In this document: one piece after another, positions 25,053-39,110 of the stretch
Numbering within the stretch: position 1 is the first letter of the stretch
How the letters are laid out: each line of letters opens with the position of its first letter
Source of the DNA: Antedon mediterranea
Taxonomy: Eukaryota > Animalia > Echinodermata
DNA: 64,000 nucleotides
NCBI RefSeq assembly: GCF_964355755.1
Contig: NC_092673.1
Span: 30,005,648-30,069,647, forward strand
Direction: 5' to 3'
Made by a program: the position numbers and the translations under genes
Notes under the pieces: model-generated
Told to the model about the DNA's origin: nothing
Databases searched by the model: none
The model's input: only the letters and a program-made list of their open reading frames with translations

Positions 25053-26867
25053 ACCATATTGGCTTGCGAGGCCTTGTGTTAGTATAATCTACGCTCGCGC
25101 TAACCGCTCGCCAATTCGCCAATGGCGACTGGAGTCTCCATTTGGCGAAAATAATTATTGCCTCGTTCGCCAAATTGGCGAAAATACATTTCCAAGCCTA
25201 GGCCTAGCCTGGTCGGCGTGACTTCTATGGGAGCGAGAATTCGCCACACTTCAGTACTTTCTGACTCGGGTACACTTTTTACTACCACAGCATTTTATGT
25301 GACGACGTCACGATCGCCGTGTTAATTTTTTTAGTTCTGTTTAAACATGCGCAGAGCGTGCCTCGATGACGTTTTAATGACACACAGTTAATGTGATTGG
25401 TTCGTGGCCGATCGTCGTCGACGTGATGATGAGCGAATAAAAGGGGAAGTCCCTATTCTTCGACGTAGAAAATGAACTTCAAGAAGAAAATGTAAACAGA
25501 AACATGTGGACGAATACTTCCGTAAACGAGGCTGTTCTGTTATATAAAAAGGGGAATTTTAAATTTAACAAAGTAATTACCTCAATAGACAATAGTATAA
25601 TGTTAACATGTTTAATTTTATTTCCCTTTCGATTATTCTAACCGAAAGTTGCGCTTTAAATTGAATAGCTAAGAAACAACGTATACTACAACGGCAACCC
25701 TGGCCAAAGCGCGTTTCGGCCGCCTACATAGAATGGGTTACGGCCGCTGCATAGCAAATTCAAAGCTTCTTAAATTTCTGCGGTACATTTCTTCCTAACG
25801 TACTTGTTTTATATAATAGATTGATAAATATTCCACTTATTAAATAATTTAATAAATCGGTAAAGTTGACGTTTCGAAGCAAATATTCCATGATGAGAGG
25901 CGACATTTTTCGACATGCCTCGTGTGCGGCGAAGGCTAGTTCAGAAAATGGAACAGTCCACTGCGGGGGTTATCCAATCATTAATTAACGCGCTAATACA
26001 TGCATACCATGCACATTGCCTGGGCGACGGTAATTTAGTAATAAGCGGAGAACTGAATCCCCCGTAAGGAAAATGGTAAACACTGATATTTATGGTAGGG
26101 ATTATTTTTTTCAGTGGTTGGTCTTGTTGGTTTCTTCGCACCAGGTCCACGCAAAGTCAAATAAAACGATGTGGTTTATCAAACAGAAATATAAATTAGC
26201 TTTAATTCAATACTAAATTAGCCAGATTTTGATAATGAGAAAGACTCAAAAATTGAATTTTTATCGTTAAAATTGACATATGAGGCGGATGTACATAATA
26301 ATAATAACCGATTTACATATCAAAATAAAGAGTATTTAAAGCCTGATAACATGCAACAAAAATTACTCCACCACCTATTATGGACCTCGTGCGATCGGGT
26401 GCGAAAATGGGTAGGTGTTTTCCAAAGTTATTTTTAGCGCGCAGCTTTCGGCTCGCCGGCTTTTGTACCTCATTTTTAACTCGCGTTTTCTATTAAAATA
26501 TTTAATAAACATAGATTAAAAATATATAAAAATAATCCCTTAAACAAGATCTTTCCAGGCATATAATTTTTATTCTCATGGGTACATAAGAAATAGTATA
26601 TTTTTAACTTCAAAGACACGTCACTTTTTTGAAATTTCACGAACGTGTTAAAATCGCGGTAACGAAAATCAGCTTCATTGGGATACCTAATAATAGTATA
26701 AATGTAAAAGAAGTAAAATAACAAACAAATACATGCATTATTTATTTGATAAACATTTTTGCGAATTTTTATGGTTTTTTAAATTTGGCTAAAGGATTTT
26801 CAATTTGGCTAATGTTTTTCAAAAACTTTCGCCATTTTCGCAAACGAAAATTTCTAATCAATATGGT
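25053..26867. mobile_element. CpG-rich 1.8-kb putative non-autonomous DNA transposon
   Basis: Short inverted ends ACCATATTG / CAATATGGT, with subterminal TTCGCCAA/TTGGCGAA/TTGGCTAA repeats at both ends and a sharp compositional shift. No TSD found. Confidence 0.55.
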
Positions 26868-26924
26868 AAGCATCTCTAAAATGATGATACCATACTTACA
26901 GTATCTCTAATATTATGATATCAT

Positions 26925-27156
26925 AAGGTGAGTCCCGTATTCATTCTGAACGTAGGGGAATGAGCTGTTAGGAGCTCATTGTACTAAGCCTCAGCATTAT
27001 GTGGTAGGGTGGCCAGTTCCTTTCCACGCCGCCTTTTTTCTCCCTAGTATTTTCAACCAGGTACTCATTTACAGCTGAGTGGACTGGGAGTTGTCGGGAA
27101 TTGAACCCAGGTCTATCTGTATGACAGTCAAGTGTCCTAACCACTCGGCTATCCAA
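26925..27156 (-). mobile_element. tRNA-derived SINE (Meta/MESC-like central domain)
   Basis: The - strand has A-box TAGCCGAGTGG, B-box GGTTCAATTCC, then CAGTCCACTCAGCTGTAAATGAGTACCTG...GAACTGGCCACCCTACC...CCCCTACG. Confidence 0.75.
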
Positions 27157-30100
27157 CATACATATTTCTAAAATTATGATAGCATACTTATTTGTAAAAG
27201 TATGACTTTGTTTGATGTTATTATTTTTAATGTCTGTATTAATCCAGTGACGCTCCTTTGAAATAGATCGATAAATTGCTGTTTAATGTTAGTGATGATT
27301 TTGAAATATTTATTTTAAGCTCATTGTTTTACTGGTATATTTAGACTATCTGATCAATAATGACAATGTCGTGTCCACTTATTTGTGTACAGTATGTGGC
27401 GTTATTAAACTAGTAGAATCAATCATATTGATTTATTAATTGTTTCAAAAACACATTCTTTGTTGCATGCAAGCATTTATGATATTAATATATTATAGTT
27501 GTACAATGAACCATGATTCTCTGTCATAATTCCATTGGCCGTAAATTTGGTGAAAGTTTATATCAATAACAAAAACCTATTTTAAGCTTTTAAATTGTTA
27601 AATGATTTTCTCACTTTTTATAACAACTCAACCTGAAATTCAACAGATATGACGTGAAAATGTGCTTTTGCAGTGATGGAGCCAAGAGAAATAAAATGGT
27701 CCGGTTTTCGCAAGAGCGGAGAATAATCTATGTTCAAGCCTCTGGGTTGTCAAAGACCTTTGTGAAAAAGTGGTCAGATTGAAACCTTACCAACCGTACT
27801 GGTGGCTAAGTTCCCGGTTTGGGTTTGCCATTAATTACAATCTTAATCTTAATTAATCATAATACAATTGTAATTGTAACGGATCCCATTGTAACATACA
27901 CATTTAGTTTAGTATACTATTTTTGTGGCACAGATACAAGGGTTATTCTATAAATTTTAGGGGACACATTTCACTCCCTAAGCCTTAAATAAGACTGAGC
28001 ATGATAAATTATGAAATAGTTTATCCATCCTGTAATTTGCAAGTTACTCACTGTTGGATGCGTATGGAATAAAAAAAAATAATAAAAATAGTAAATCCAT
28101 TATGCAATCCTTTGTAGAAAACTGCTAAATCATTAAATGTTAGCGTAACAGCGTAATAAATGGTAAAAAGTACAAGAGGTAACCTGTACATTAAGGTTGT
28201 CATGGAACACTGACCCTTTTCAAATTGATCAATAAATTTATTGTTAAATAAGTAAACATGAATATGTTTAATGACCCAGAATATATTCAGGAAGGCGTCA
28301 GTAATAATGCCACTACCCACATTTCATACCTGAACATTTTGTTCCATTATCAAAAAAGAAAAATAAATAGTATTTCATTACAGTGAGTAAATATTTGATC
28401 AAGCGAATTTGTAATCATTAATTGAAAATGTTTTTCATGGATTGTGTAATTTGTATGTTTGCCCGAGATCCGTTTAACACACATGAATGTGTATTGACCC
28501 AGAATTGATGTGACGAACACGTAGGGATTGGGAATAGGTTTATTATAATGATGACATATAGGAAATGTATGCTGTTTTAACCTATCTTAAAAGGCCTTTG
28601 GCAAGTTCCAATTCATTCTCTATCCACCTGTTGTAATACTTGATTATTATTACTGTGCTTGGTAAATAGTTTATTGTACAGAATACAATTGTTCGGTTTA
28701 CTATAGAGGATCAAAACATTCTTGAGATTTGAACTCCACCTCAGGAGCCGTGGCCTTTGTTTGCTATTGTTGTGTATGTATTATTTTTATATATCTCCAT
28801 GTATGTTGATCTGATCAACAAGTGTTACTAACTTAACTGACTAACTAATAATAAATGATTGAAATATACAAGCAACAACATGTATTGTAAGAATACTGTT
28901 TGTTATTATTAAAAAGCATTTAATTGTATCAAAACTCCCCTTTTACCAATTAAAATGGGTATTAACATTTTTACCAGATTGTAGTTTATTGTAATCTTTG
29001 TGTTCATGATTTCAGCAGATTTTTTTTTAAACTTCTAGAAACTTTTGCCATTTAATTAACTGCTAGAACTAGTCTAATGTAAGATACTGTACCTCCATGC
29101 ATAATCAATACAATTATTGTTAAATGTTGTATAACAATAATATAATAATTAACTCAATTACTTTATTTCATTTTTTAAACAAAACTTACTATGATTGTTT
29201 TATACATCAATTTGGAATCTTCGTCATCTCGTTGTCATCCATGTCAACCGAAAGTGATTTACATATCTGTGAAAAGATATTAATATTATCATTCTTATTG
29301 ATGTTGACATGTACAGTAGTAAACTACAATTAAAACCAAAATGAGTGGCTAGTGTGTAAAAGTAGAAGATGGATTCATATTTTGATTCCGTATTTTACTT
29401 GGCTATCCTTTATAAAGGCCAAGGCCGGTGTTAATGTTGGGGGATGGTTTAAAATGATCTAAGTTAAGCCGGCTGTATGCACCTCAAGGGTAGATAAAAA
29501 TGATCAGTAATCCGGGAATTAAGGCATGAATATCACATGTTAAGCGTTGTTACTGCCCACTAACTTAGCAGAGAATCAACTAATTCTTAGGATTTATTAC
29601 GTTTTACAGAGAATATGTTCAAAGTAATTTGTGGTTTAATTTTTTTCCAAAATATGGTTTTATCTTGTGTGAATATGACCAAAAAGGACAATAATTTAAA
29701 TATATTGTTATTGATGCGGCTTAATAAAAGTAAATAAAATTCCATAAGAAGAATTGTTGAATTTAAGGGACAGTCTCAAATGTGTTCCTCTCGTATTATG
29801 ATATTTATATACATTGTCAGATATTTCAAGTTTGAACATTGTGACTCAGAATATTATATAGTATTTGAAATGCATTTGCCTTGGTAATGTAGATAGCCCA
29901 CTACAATATTGAATTTTGATATTATTTTTCTTCTTGCAATCATATTCTATTAAAAATAAAGCAATAAAAAAATTATTTAATTTAATATGCTATTTTAATA
30001 TCACATTATAGGTATTCACTATTCCAAAAACTGGATGGATAAATCTATTTACCTGAAAAAAATGCAATTTAAAGTAAATTGTCGGTCAGACAATGGTTTT

Positions 30101-30408
30101 TGGTTGAAATTAAACGTTTCTTTTTCAAATAATTAAAATGAATAACAAAATGGCCTATTTAAAATCTGATTTTATTAAATATTTATTTTCCATATTTTTG
30201 GGGACAATACATCTTTAAAGTTTTACAACAAAATTGCCAATATGGAACATACAGTATGAACTAATAAACTTTAAGAAGATCCTGAAATTTATTTTCCTAA
30301 TAACAGTAATACAACGTAAACGAACATTTTCCCACTTATAAATTTAGACAAAATTACTTGAACCTACTGTAACATAGGATTCAACATGCTCTTTGATCAG
30401 TACATTTA

Positions 30409-30531
30409 AGCTCTATGTACACTAAAAAGTAAGATATGCCCAAATATGGTAGTGATATGACATCAGCATGTCTATATATGGGCCAATTACATTTTTTTTG
30501 TCGTATACAATTTGATAGTGTAGACAGAGCT
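30409..30531. mobile_element. PIF/Harbinger-type MITE family B, copy 3 (opposite orientation)
   Basis: AGCTCTATGTACACTA / TAGTGTAGACAGAGCT, TTA TSD. Confidence 0.8.
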
Positions 30532-30534
30532 TTA

Positions 30535-30762
30535 GGCAAAATAAAAATGAATCGTTAGTTTCACATCCCCACTACATGATCTTTTACTAGATAGCTTCTG
30601 TTCTTTAAACAAATGGCAGTATTCAGTAAAAGAATTCATCAATTCGTTGCAACTCTACTTTTAAACTATTATTCTCATGTTTAGAGTAACGAGATAGCAA
30701 AGCCTTTCAATTCATCAGAAAAAAAATCCTGGATGTGAAACAAACAAATGTTTTTATTTGTT
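30535..30762. mobile_element. Degenerate MITE abutting the previous element
   Basis: GGCAAAATAAAAA...GTTTCACATCC is inverted to GGATGTGAAAC...TTTTTATTTG. Confidence 0.5.
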
Positions 30763-33700
30763 TCATGCAATTTTAATAAAATGCTATTTAACAATAAAAT
30801 TTGAGAACTATAGCAACTATTGTTGTATGATCAATATAATGTATGTACATCGACAATAATAAAACGGTTATTACCATTTCACTGGAGGATAACAAAGAAA
30901 AGAGGCGGAGGTTTGTATGTGGTGCCCTTGACATACCTTTCTGCCTTTATCTCGTTACGAAACATGATTAATTAATGCAGTTTCGTGCATCAGCAAACAC
31001 ATGCTGATTATTCTTCGTGTTGCTCAGCGATTTATTTCCGCAGGTTCGTACATTCAACTGAATAGGTTTAGTGAATGCTTCAATTTGTTTACGTAGATTA
31101 TCACACTGTGAAAAAATATGATGGTAAGAATCATGTGTTTTATTATGAATCATAACTATATCAGTATATTTAAAAATAATAACTTTTCGCTTTTTTTTTT
31201 GTATCTCCATTGAGATCCAGCCACTGATACCCACAGCATTGTCATTTTTTCAGTTATTTGCCTTTGGATTTATATTTTAAAATAATAAATAATGTATTTA
31301 GGTTATTCTATTAGGTTTGAGCGTTTGCACTGTGAAATCTGTAAAAAAAAGAAATTTTTCACAAAATGTCAAATTTACAGCAATTTCTAATTTATTAATC
31401 TTCTGTTAATGGTCCTAATTGTAATTTAATTAGGAAGTTTTTATAGGTTTACATAGTTTACATACAGTACTCCAATGAAAGTACTGTATACAAACAGGAC
31501 TGATTTTGGAACATAACGTCATCATAAATGTGTTTCTTTATTGATGATAGATTATCATATCATGTGAATATTCTAAAATCTTTCAGAATGTTGTAACTTC
31601 CGAGTCCATTGTACTTTTTTTCAACCTATAGATTTAGATAAATAGGGTAAAGTGCAAGTCACTGAAGAAACTGAGCATGTAAAACATTTATAATTATTTT
31701 ATATAGCATTCTGTATAGCAACATAATTTTAGTGGTTATTTTACGATTAAAGAACAATAAGTAACATATATTATTAACAATTTGCAACCGCTTCTAATGG
31801 CATTTATATAACAATTTTATTGATTTATACTTTAAACTATTCATTGTGTTTAGCTTTTTATATTATTCAGAATTCCAAATAATGGCCAGTTCGTGTTGTT
31901 AACATTACAGTAGTTGTCATCACAATTACGTTTTCATAATTTACATCGTAAACAATTTTTAGCGATGTAGTAAAATAGTGTTTTTTTGTTACAATTTTTA
32001 CGGTTTTCAATGTTTTTTATATCGAAAATGAAGAATAAATTGTTCTCTATTCAATGCTAGATTCTATTATGCTATTTCAACCTTGATAATTTCAAATATA
32101 ATATTGAAGATGACATTAGTCATTATTGTGCGCTTTGGAATAGCCTTTAGTTAATACTAAATTTGTTAAAACATTCACCGATACATAATTATACGTACGT
32201 TTCAATAATTTGTGGGAAATTGAAAGTTTAATTGATGTGAAAATTAAGAATGCAAAACATTTTATATATGCTTTTGTGACAACATTATTGTTGTACAGTA
32301 CTTTTAGGTAACATGATAATGATTTATTCACATACTTACTATAAATATCACATTAACGATTAACATATCTGATCTTTATCATGTGACATTTGTATGTTTT
32401 GTTAATATTTATACATACACATGTGATTCTCATGGTCACTGAAGTGTGACCGCCCACGTTTGATGCCCAGGGTATGATATCAACAAACTTCGTACTTTGA
32501 TTAACCTTTCCAGAATTACATTTGTTTTTCTTGGATAGTAGAAACAAGCTTCCTTGCCAAACATTAAAAATAATGATGCACTTTTAGTATAACTGTTGTC
32601 ATGAATCATAGTAACTCTGATCCAATCCAGGAAAGGGTTTTACGAGTAAATTATAACAAAAGTCCGAAATCCCAATAATACTTGTAGTGGTGGTGAATCT
32701 ATGATTTTAAAACTGATTGCCTAAAATTGTGAAGTTAAGTGTCGAGTCTTACTCTTTTTTCTTTTACATCTATTTTCTTTAATTTTTTGCGTTGTAATTT
32801 TCAAAATTTAAGGGGTCAGGGAATGCTAGGTAGAGAAATAGTCCAAAGTTAGGTTTTCTGTAACATGGTTAGAGTTTATCTTATTGGTATACATAACCTT
32901 TGTACTGTTATTAACGGAGATAGGTGATGGATGAGGTAATATCTAGTGTGCCAGTTGGTAAACAACATAGTTAGTACTCACAGATGTGTGAATGCTCATA
33001 TTAATTCATGTTTGCCAACTTGCCGCGGATATACTATACTTATCCACTTTCCAAATTATAAAATGATGAAGATTTAAAGCATCGAAGAAAGGAAAATAAA
33101 GTTCAAAATTTGTAAATATATATTAATATTATATATTAATAATAATATAACAACTATTTTATTTAAAAAATTAATGCAATTACTATTACTAAATTAGGAA
33201 CATCCAATAATAAAAAAAACCCTTACAAGCAATTAAACTCAGTGGTCTATGAACTTGAACTCATTTGGAGGTCGTGTGTTCAGATCCTGCCAGAGAATCA
33301 CTTTGGTTTTCCAAATACAATTATCAGAGTAGGATAACATCTTGAGGAGCAATTAATTATTACTGTACTGTAAATATAAGATTACATGATGGTGTGTATT
33401 CATTGGAGTTGAGTTTTAGTTTAGGATCTGCATTATTTTTTGTTGCTGTTTCTAACTGAATACTCGACATAATAATACTAGAGACTATGATGCCATATCA
33501 AATTATGTTAACCTAATTCGATTATGAAAGCAGCATTTTGAGTGGGCATAAATTCTGTATTGTATTCTATGCAATATGATGGTTTTTAAATATATTGCTA
33601 TTATGTATCTTTATAATGAAATTACACATGAATAATAAACCTTTGTAGAGTTTGATGACCTTTTGTTGGAACGCTACGATTCACTGAACAATTGCGCAAA

Positions 33701-34399
33701 TAATTTTGTATGACAGGGACGCCATTGAGAGGCTTTTTCGCGTGATATCATTTTTATGGGAATGTAGCTCCTGAACAATAACAACATTACAGGGTGTGAT
33801 AGAATTTCAACAAAGACAATCATTTGAAATAGAAACAATTGAACTGGAACCACATGTATAATACTGTAACATCTCTACATGATTTGATATCTCAACATGT
33901 CGTCAAGAATGACTGAATTACATAAATTATCAATGAGAACAGATCATTTTATCCACTGTTAGTTACTTCATAGCAATACCATTTCTGGTATTTTAAACAG
34001 TACCTTACCAGTACATATAATATTAATACAGTATTTTAAAATCTGAATTTTTAGTACATGTTTCAGTAGTATCAAGACTGAACTTAATGGTCCATATATT
34101 GTACTATCAAAGTTTAATTGATTTAATTAATTTGATAACAAGAACATAGATTTAAACAGCAGCCCAAGAAATACTAATATTCCTACCAGTGTGTTATTTC
34201 CTGCAAGAATTTATTCTGAGCAACAAATTTATGTCAACTATTTATTTCATGTGGGAGTAAGCCTGTGGAGAAGCATCCTGTTTGCCAGATCGTGGAGGAA
34301 ATGTGCCTGCCAACTTTAAATGTATTGGCCTGTACTTCCTATGAACTGTTGGCCTCGTACAGTAGTATAATTAGTAAAGTCATACAAATCTAAATGTTT

Positions 34400-36364
34400 T
34401 AGACAAACATTGAAGCAAGGGGACAAATGTTATACAATATAGACAACCGCAAAGCAATGGTGACAAACATGATTCAAGATGGTGACAAACATGATTCAAG
34501 ATGGGACAAACATAAAGCAATGGGGACAAACATAAAGCAATGGGGACAAACATGAAGCAATGGTGACAAACGTGAAGCAACGGTGACAAACGTGAAGCAA
34601 TGGTGACAAACATGAAGCAACGGTGACAAACATGAAGCAATGGGGACAAACATGAAGCAATGGTGACAAACGTGAAGCAATGGTGACAAACGTGAAGCAA
34701 CGGTGACAAACGTGAAGCAATGGTGACAAACATGAAGCAACGGTGACAAACATGAAGCAATGGTGACAAACGTGAAGCAACGGGGACAAACATGAAGCAA
34801 TGGTGACAAACGTGAAGCAACGGTGACAAACATGAAGCAACGGTGACAAACATGAAGCAACGGTGACAAACATGAAGCAACAGTGATAAACATGAAGCAA
34901 CGGTGACAAACATGAAGCAACGGTGACAAACATGAAGCAACGGGGACAAACATGAAGCAATGGGGACAAACATGAAGCAATGGGGACAAACATGAAGCAA
35001 CGGTGACAAACATGAAGCAATGGTGACAAACATGAAGCAACGGTGACAAACATGAAGCAACGGTGATAAACATGAAGCAACGGCGACAAACATGAAGCAA
35101 TGGGGACAAACATGAATCAATGGGGACAAACATGAAGCAATGGGGACAAACATTAAGCAACGGCGACAAACATGAAGCAATGGGGACAAACATGAATCAA
35201 CGGGGACAAACATGAAGCAATGGTGACAAACATGAAGCAACGGTGACAAACATGAAGCAACGGTGATAAACATGAAGCAACGGCGACAAACATGAAGCAA
35301 CGGTGACAAACATGAATCAACGGTGACAAACATGAAGCAATGGGGACAAACATGAAGCAATGGTGACAAACATGAATCAATGGGGATAAACATGAAGCAA
35401 CGGTGACAAACATGAAGCAACGGTGACAAACATGAATCAACGGTGACAAACATGAAGCAACGGTGACAAACATGAAGCAATGGTGACAAACATGAAGCAA
35501 TGGTGACAAACATGAAGCAACGGTGATAAACATGAAGCAACAGGGACAAACATGAATCAATGGTGACAAACATGAAACAATGGGGACAAACATGAAACAA
35601 AAGGGACAAACATGAAGCAACAGGGACAAACATGAAGCAACAGGGACAAACATGAAGCAACAGGGACAAACATGAAGCAACGGTGACAAACATGAATCAA
35701 TGGGGACAAATGAAACATGAATCAATGGTGACAACATGAAGCAATGGTGACAAACATGAATCAATGGGGACAAATGAAACATGAATCAATGGTGACAACA
35801 TGAAGCAATGGTGACAAACATGAATCAATGGGGACAAATGAAACATGAATCAATGGTGACAACATGAAGCAATGGTGACAAACATGAAGCAACGGTGACA
35901 AACATGAAGCAATGGTGACAAACGTGAAGCAACGGTGACAAACGTGAAGCAACAGTGATAAACATGAAGCAACAGGGACAAACATGAAGCAACAGGGACA
36001 AACATGAATCAATGGGGACAAATGAAACATGAATCAATGGTGACAACATGAAGCAATGGTGACAAACATGAATCAATGGGGACAAATGAAACATGAATCA
36101 ATGGTGACAACATGAAGCAATGGTGACAAACATGAAGCAACGGTGACAAACATGAAGCAACGGTGACAAACGTGAATCAATGGTGACAACATGAAGCAAT
36201 GGTGACAAACATGAATCAATGGGGACAAATGAAACATGAATCAATGGTGACAACATGAATCAATGGTGACAAACATGAAGCAATGGTGACAAACATGAAT
36301 CAATGGTGACAAACGTGACGCAACAGTGACAAACATGAAGCAACAGTGACAAACATGAAGCAAC
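34400..36364. repeat. 20-bp minisatellite array (~2 kb)
   Basis: Unit GACAAACATGAAGCAA(T/C)GG(T/G); a 64-bp higher-order variant appears from ~35690. Confidence 0.97.
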
Positions 36365-37199
36365 AAATTTAGTACATTATTATTAGTACAATTAAATTGT
36401 CCTTGGATAGATTGCTGGTATTATTAAAAATTGTTCGCCAAGCAGTATCAAGATATCATTTTATGCCATTTACATTTAGTATAAACAACAATGTTTAGTA
36501 TGAGATTAACAGACAACTCTAGTGTACCCTCAACAATATTATTTTTTTTAATTGCACCTATTAATTTTTAATTTATGCGATGTGGTTCAGTTTAATGTAC
36601 TTTAGTACATTTTTGATAATCCAATAAATTTGAAAATCTAACTTTTATTTTAGTCTCTGACAATTCTCATTCAATTAAATTAATTAATAAGTGACCTATA
36701 TTATTAATTGATATTAATTATATACACAGTTATAAAAGCAGTACCAAGAACATTTTTAGGAAACCATTTTCTGATATTCTTTCATTGGTAGAGGTATTTC
36801 CACAACACAATGTTATGTAATACAATGTTACAAAGACAGTGTTATCATACTACCAGCAGTACTGTAGTAGATTGTAATGATATAAGATAATGATTATTCT
36901 ATGCTTAGATTAAGATTCCAAATGTTGGGACATTAATAGGAAATTATCATTGTTGCTAAGATAAGATAAGTTAATTATGTAATAACAGTGAAAGGAGAAT
37001 TGAAACAGGAAGTCGTAAGACCAGTTCCTAACCGCAGTTTGCAACTTAAAAGCCTCAAATGTTATTTAGAAATTCAGGATATAAAATTAATACTTGTTCT
37101 GGAAATGAAAAGTATTTTTCCTGCTTGGTGGTATAATTTATGTGTTTGTACAGTATGTAGCAAGCTAGAAGAAGGTGTAGTTTATGCAAATTGAACATG

Positions 37200-37399
37200 T
37201 TTGACCAATGAGTTGGCTGAACTGTGTATTTTCACTTGACCAATCACAGCTGCCAGTTGTGTATACCAGTTGAGCCAATCAGAAATTAGGTCAAACAGGT
37301 GTGACCAATGAACAGTTAGTATTGAATGTAATGTCCGAGGTATCGAATTAGATGCATGTAGATGACATAGGTATTGGATGGGTTTTAAACATGGTAAGA
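37200..37399 (+). promoter_or_regulatory. Candidate promoter (4 NF-Y CCAAT boxes) plus a short first exon ending in ATG|GTAAGA, putatively of the zinc-finger gene
   Basis: GACCAATGA, GACCAATCA, AGCCAATCA and GACCAATGA with CCAAT at 37205, 37240, 37275 and 37305, all in one orientation. AAACATG|GTAAGA at 37391-37399 is phase 0, matching the phase-0 acceptor at 53044. Confidence 0.55.
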
Positions 37400-38214
37400 A
37401 CATTGTTACCAGTATTATTTTTAATAATATTTGATATTGTTTTTATTTCCCAACAGATCCTGGAGTTTAGTCATAGCTAATTTAACATACTCAGATATAT
37501 TAATGTTTATTCTTATATTATATTATTGTTCATTAAATTTGTAATATTTAATATTATTAATGGTTTTTTTTTCAGGAAATAATGATTTACTCTACTACAG
37601 TATGATTTATGTTTTTAATATTAGGAACAATAATATATTGTTGTAAAATTCTGTGTTTCTAATTCATGTTTTTTTTTCAAGTATTTTCTTAAATAATAAA
37701 ATATGTGGTTCGTTACATCTGGTATGTTATATTACTGAATATATTTCTTGATATTCAGAAATCAACTAAAAATGATGAAATTTTTTCTGAGTACCTTTAG
37801 TGATATCATCAAATAGCGTTGACTCAACTTAACTCACTTTGTATTTAAGTACGGTCACTCACCTGACACAAAATGGTATAATAGTCACCATTAGATAAAT
37901 AAAATGAATGACACATAGCAACATACTGCTATTTCGCAATAAATGTTGAGAGTGCGTATGTTTCTGGCTAAAAGCCAAATTTGATGTACTTATTCAATCG
38001 TTAGGAGCCCCTGTCATTACTACCACCATCAAACAATGACATATTCTCAATTTTAATTCACATTCAGAAATAGGATACACGTTGTTTGTGTTCCCATAAA
38101 TAAACCTCTTGATTTTGTTTGCTATTGTAGTTGGAAGAAACGGATAATTTCTGATATCAAGTTTTTTAACTTAATTTTACATATGATTTATTTATTTATT
38201 TAAAAATAATTGTT

Positions 38215-38338
38215 GTCAAAATATAGTGGTGATATGCCTAAATATGGTAGTGATATGACATCATCATGTCCATATATGAGTACATCACATTTTTTTGTCA
38301 CATAAATACTAATAGTTAATAAAGTAGACAGAGCTTTA
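38215..38338. mobile_element. MITE family B, degenerate copy 4
   Basis: AAATATGGTAGTGATATGACATCATCATGTCCATAT internal sequence and a GTAGACAGAGCTTTA end. Confidence 0.65.
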
Positions 38339-39029
38339 TACAAATGCTAATTAATATAGCAATTTGTTGTAGGACAAAATATACCGAGTTCTCAAATAAA
38401 GGGTTTGATACTATACTGGAATTACATTAAAAAAGTGATTTACCAAATTCTTGTGTCTAAATTTAGTCACAATTTTGGGGATCCGATTATACTAGATACG
38501 ACAATCATTCATAATTCATCCTTGAATTTTCAGAAGATAATTTTCTCATGTGCTACGGAAATAAGATGTTTATATAACCACAATAATGACTGGTAAATAG
38601 TGGTAAATGTGGAAGTACTCTCTAGTGAACATTGAAAGTAACAGGATGTTACATACCTTTGATGACATGCTTCTGCCTCGGAACAATACATTATTAAACT
38701 TTCCTGATTTACTCGTGTGTTATTCAACAATAGTGCAAGCATACATTTTTGTGTACTTTAATTCAATAACAACAAAAATAAAAAAAGTTTGCACGTAAGG
38801 AAATAAGAATAGCATTATTCATGAATACCGTCATTACATTTGTTATGCTTGACTCGATGAATAAAATGTGTTATTATATAACCCACTCACTTTCTTTCAC
38901 CTTGTGTTGTAATAGCGTTTCGTTTTTTATTCCTTAAAATTGAAACGACAAAATCTTAAGTATAAGATTTATAGATTTACCGTAACACAATACACCCACT
39001 CTCACTTTAAGTTATAACTTAAACGTTCG

Positions 39030-39110
39030 ACTCGGCCATTTGACCCGCTCAACTCGGCCATTTGACCCGCTCAACTCGGCCATTTGACCCGCTCAACTCG
39101 GCCATTTGAT
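39030..39110. repeat. 22-bp tandem repeat, ~3.5 copies
   Basis: Unit ACTCGGCCATTTGACCCGCTCA. Confidence 0.9.

Noticed and set aside
30700-30720. CTGATGA...GAAA on the - strand
   Set aside because: Only 3 nt between the boxes, so no stem II; not a hammerhead.
34380-36094. Long Cys/His-rich ORFs (up to 437 aa) on the - strand
   Set aside because: Artefact of a 20-bp minisatellite that lacks stops on that strand; the same periodic peptide appears in all three frames.
34400-36364. CRISPR-like regular array
   Set aside because: No unique spacers, only tandem units; eukaryotic context and no cas genes.
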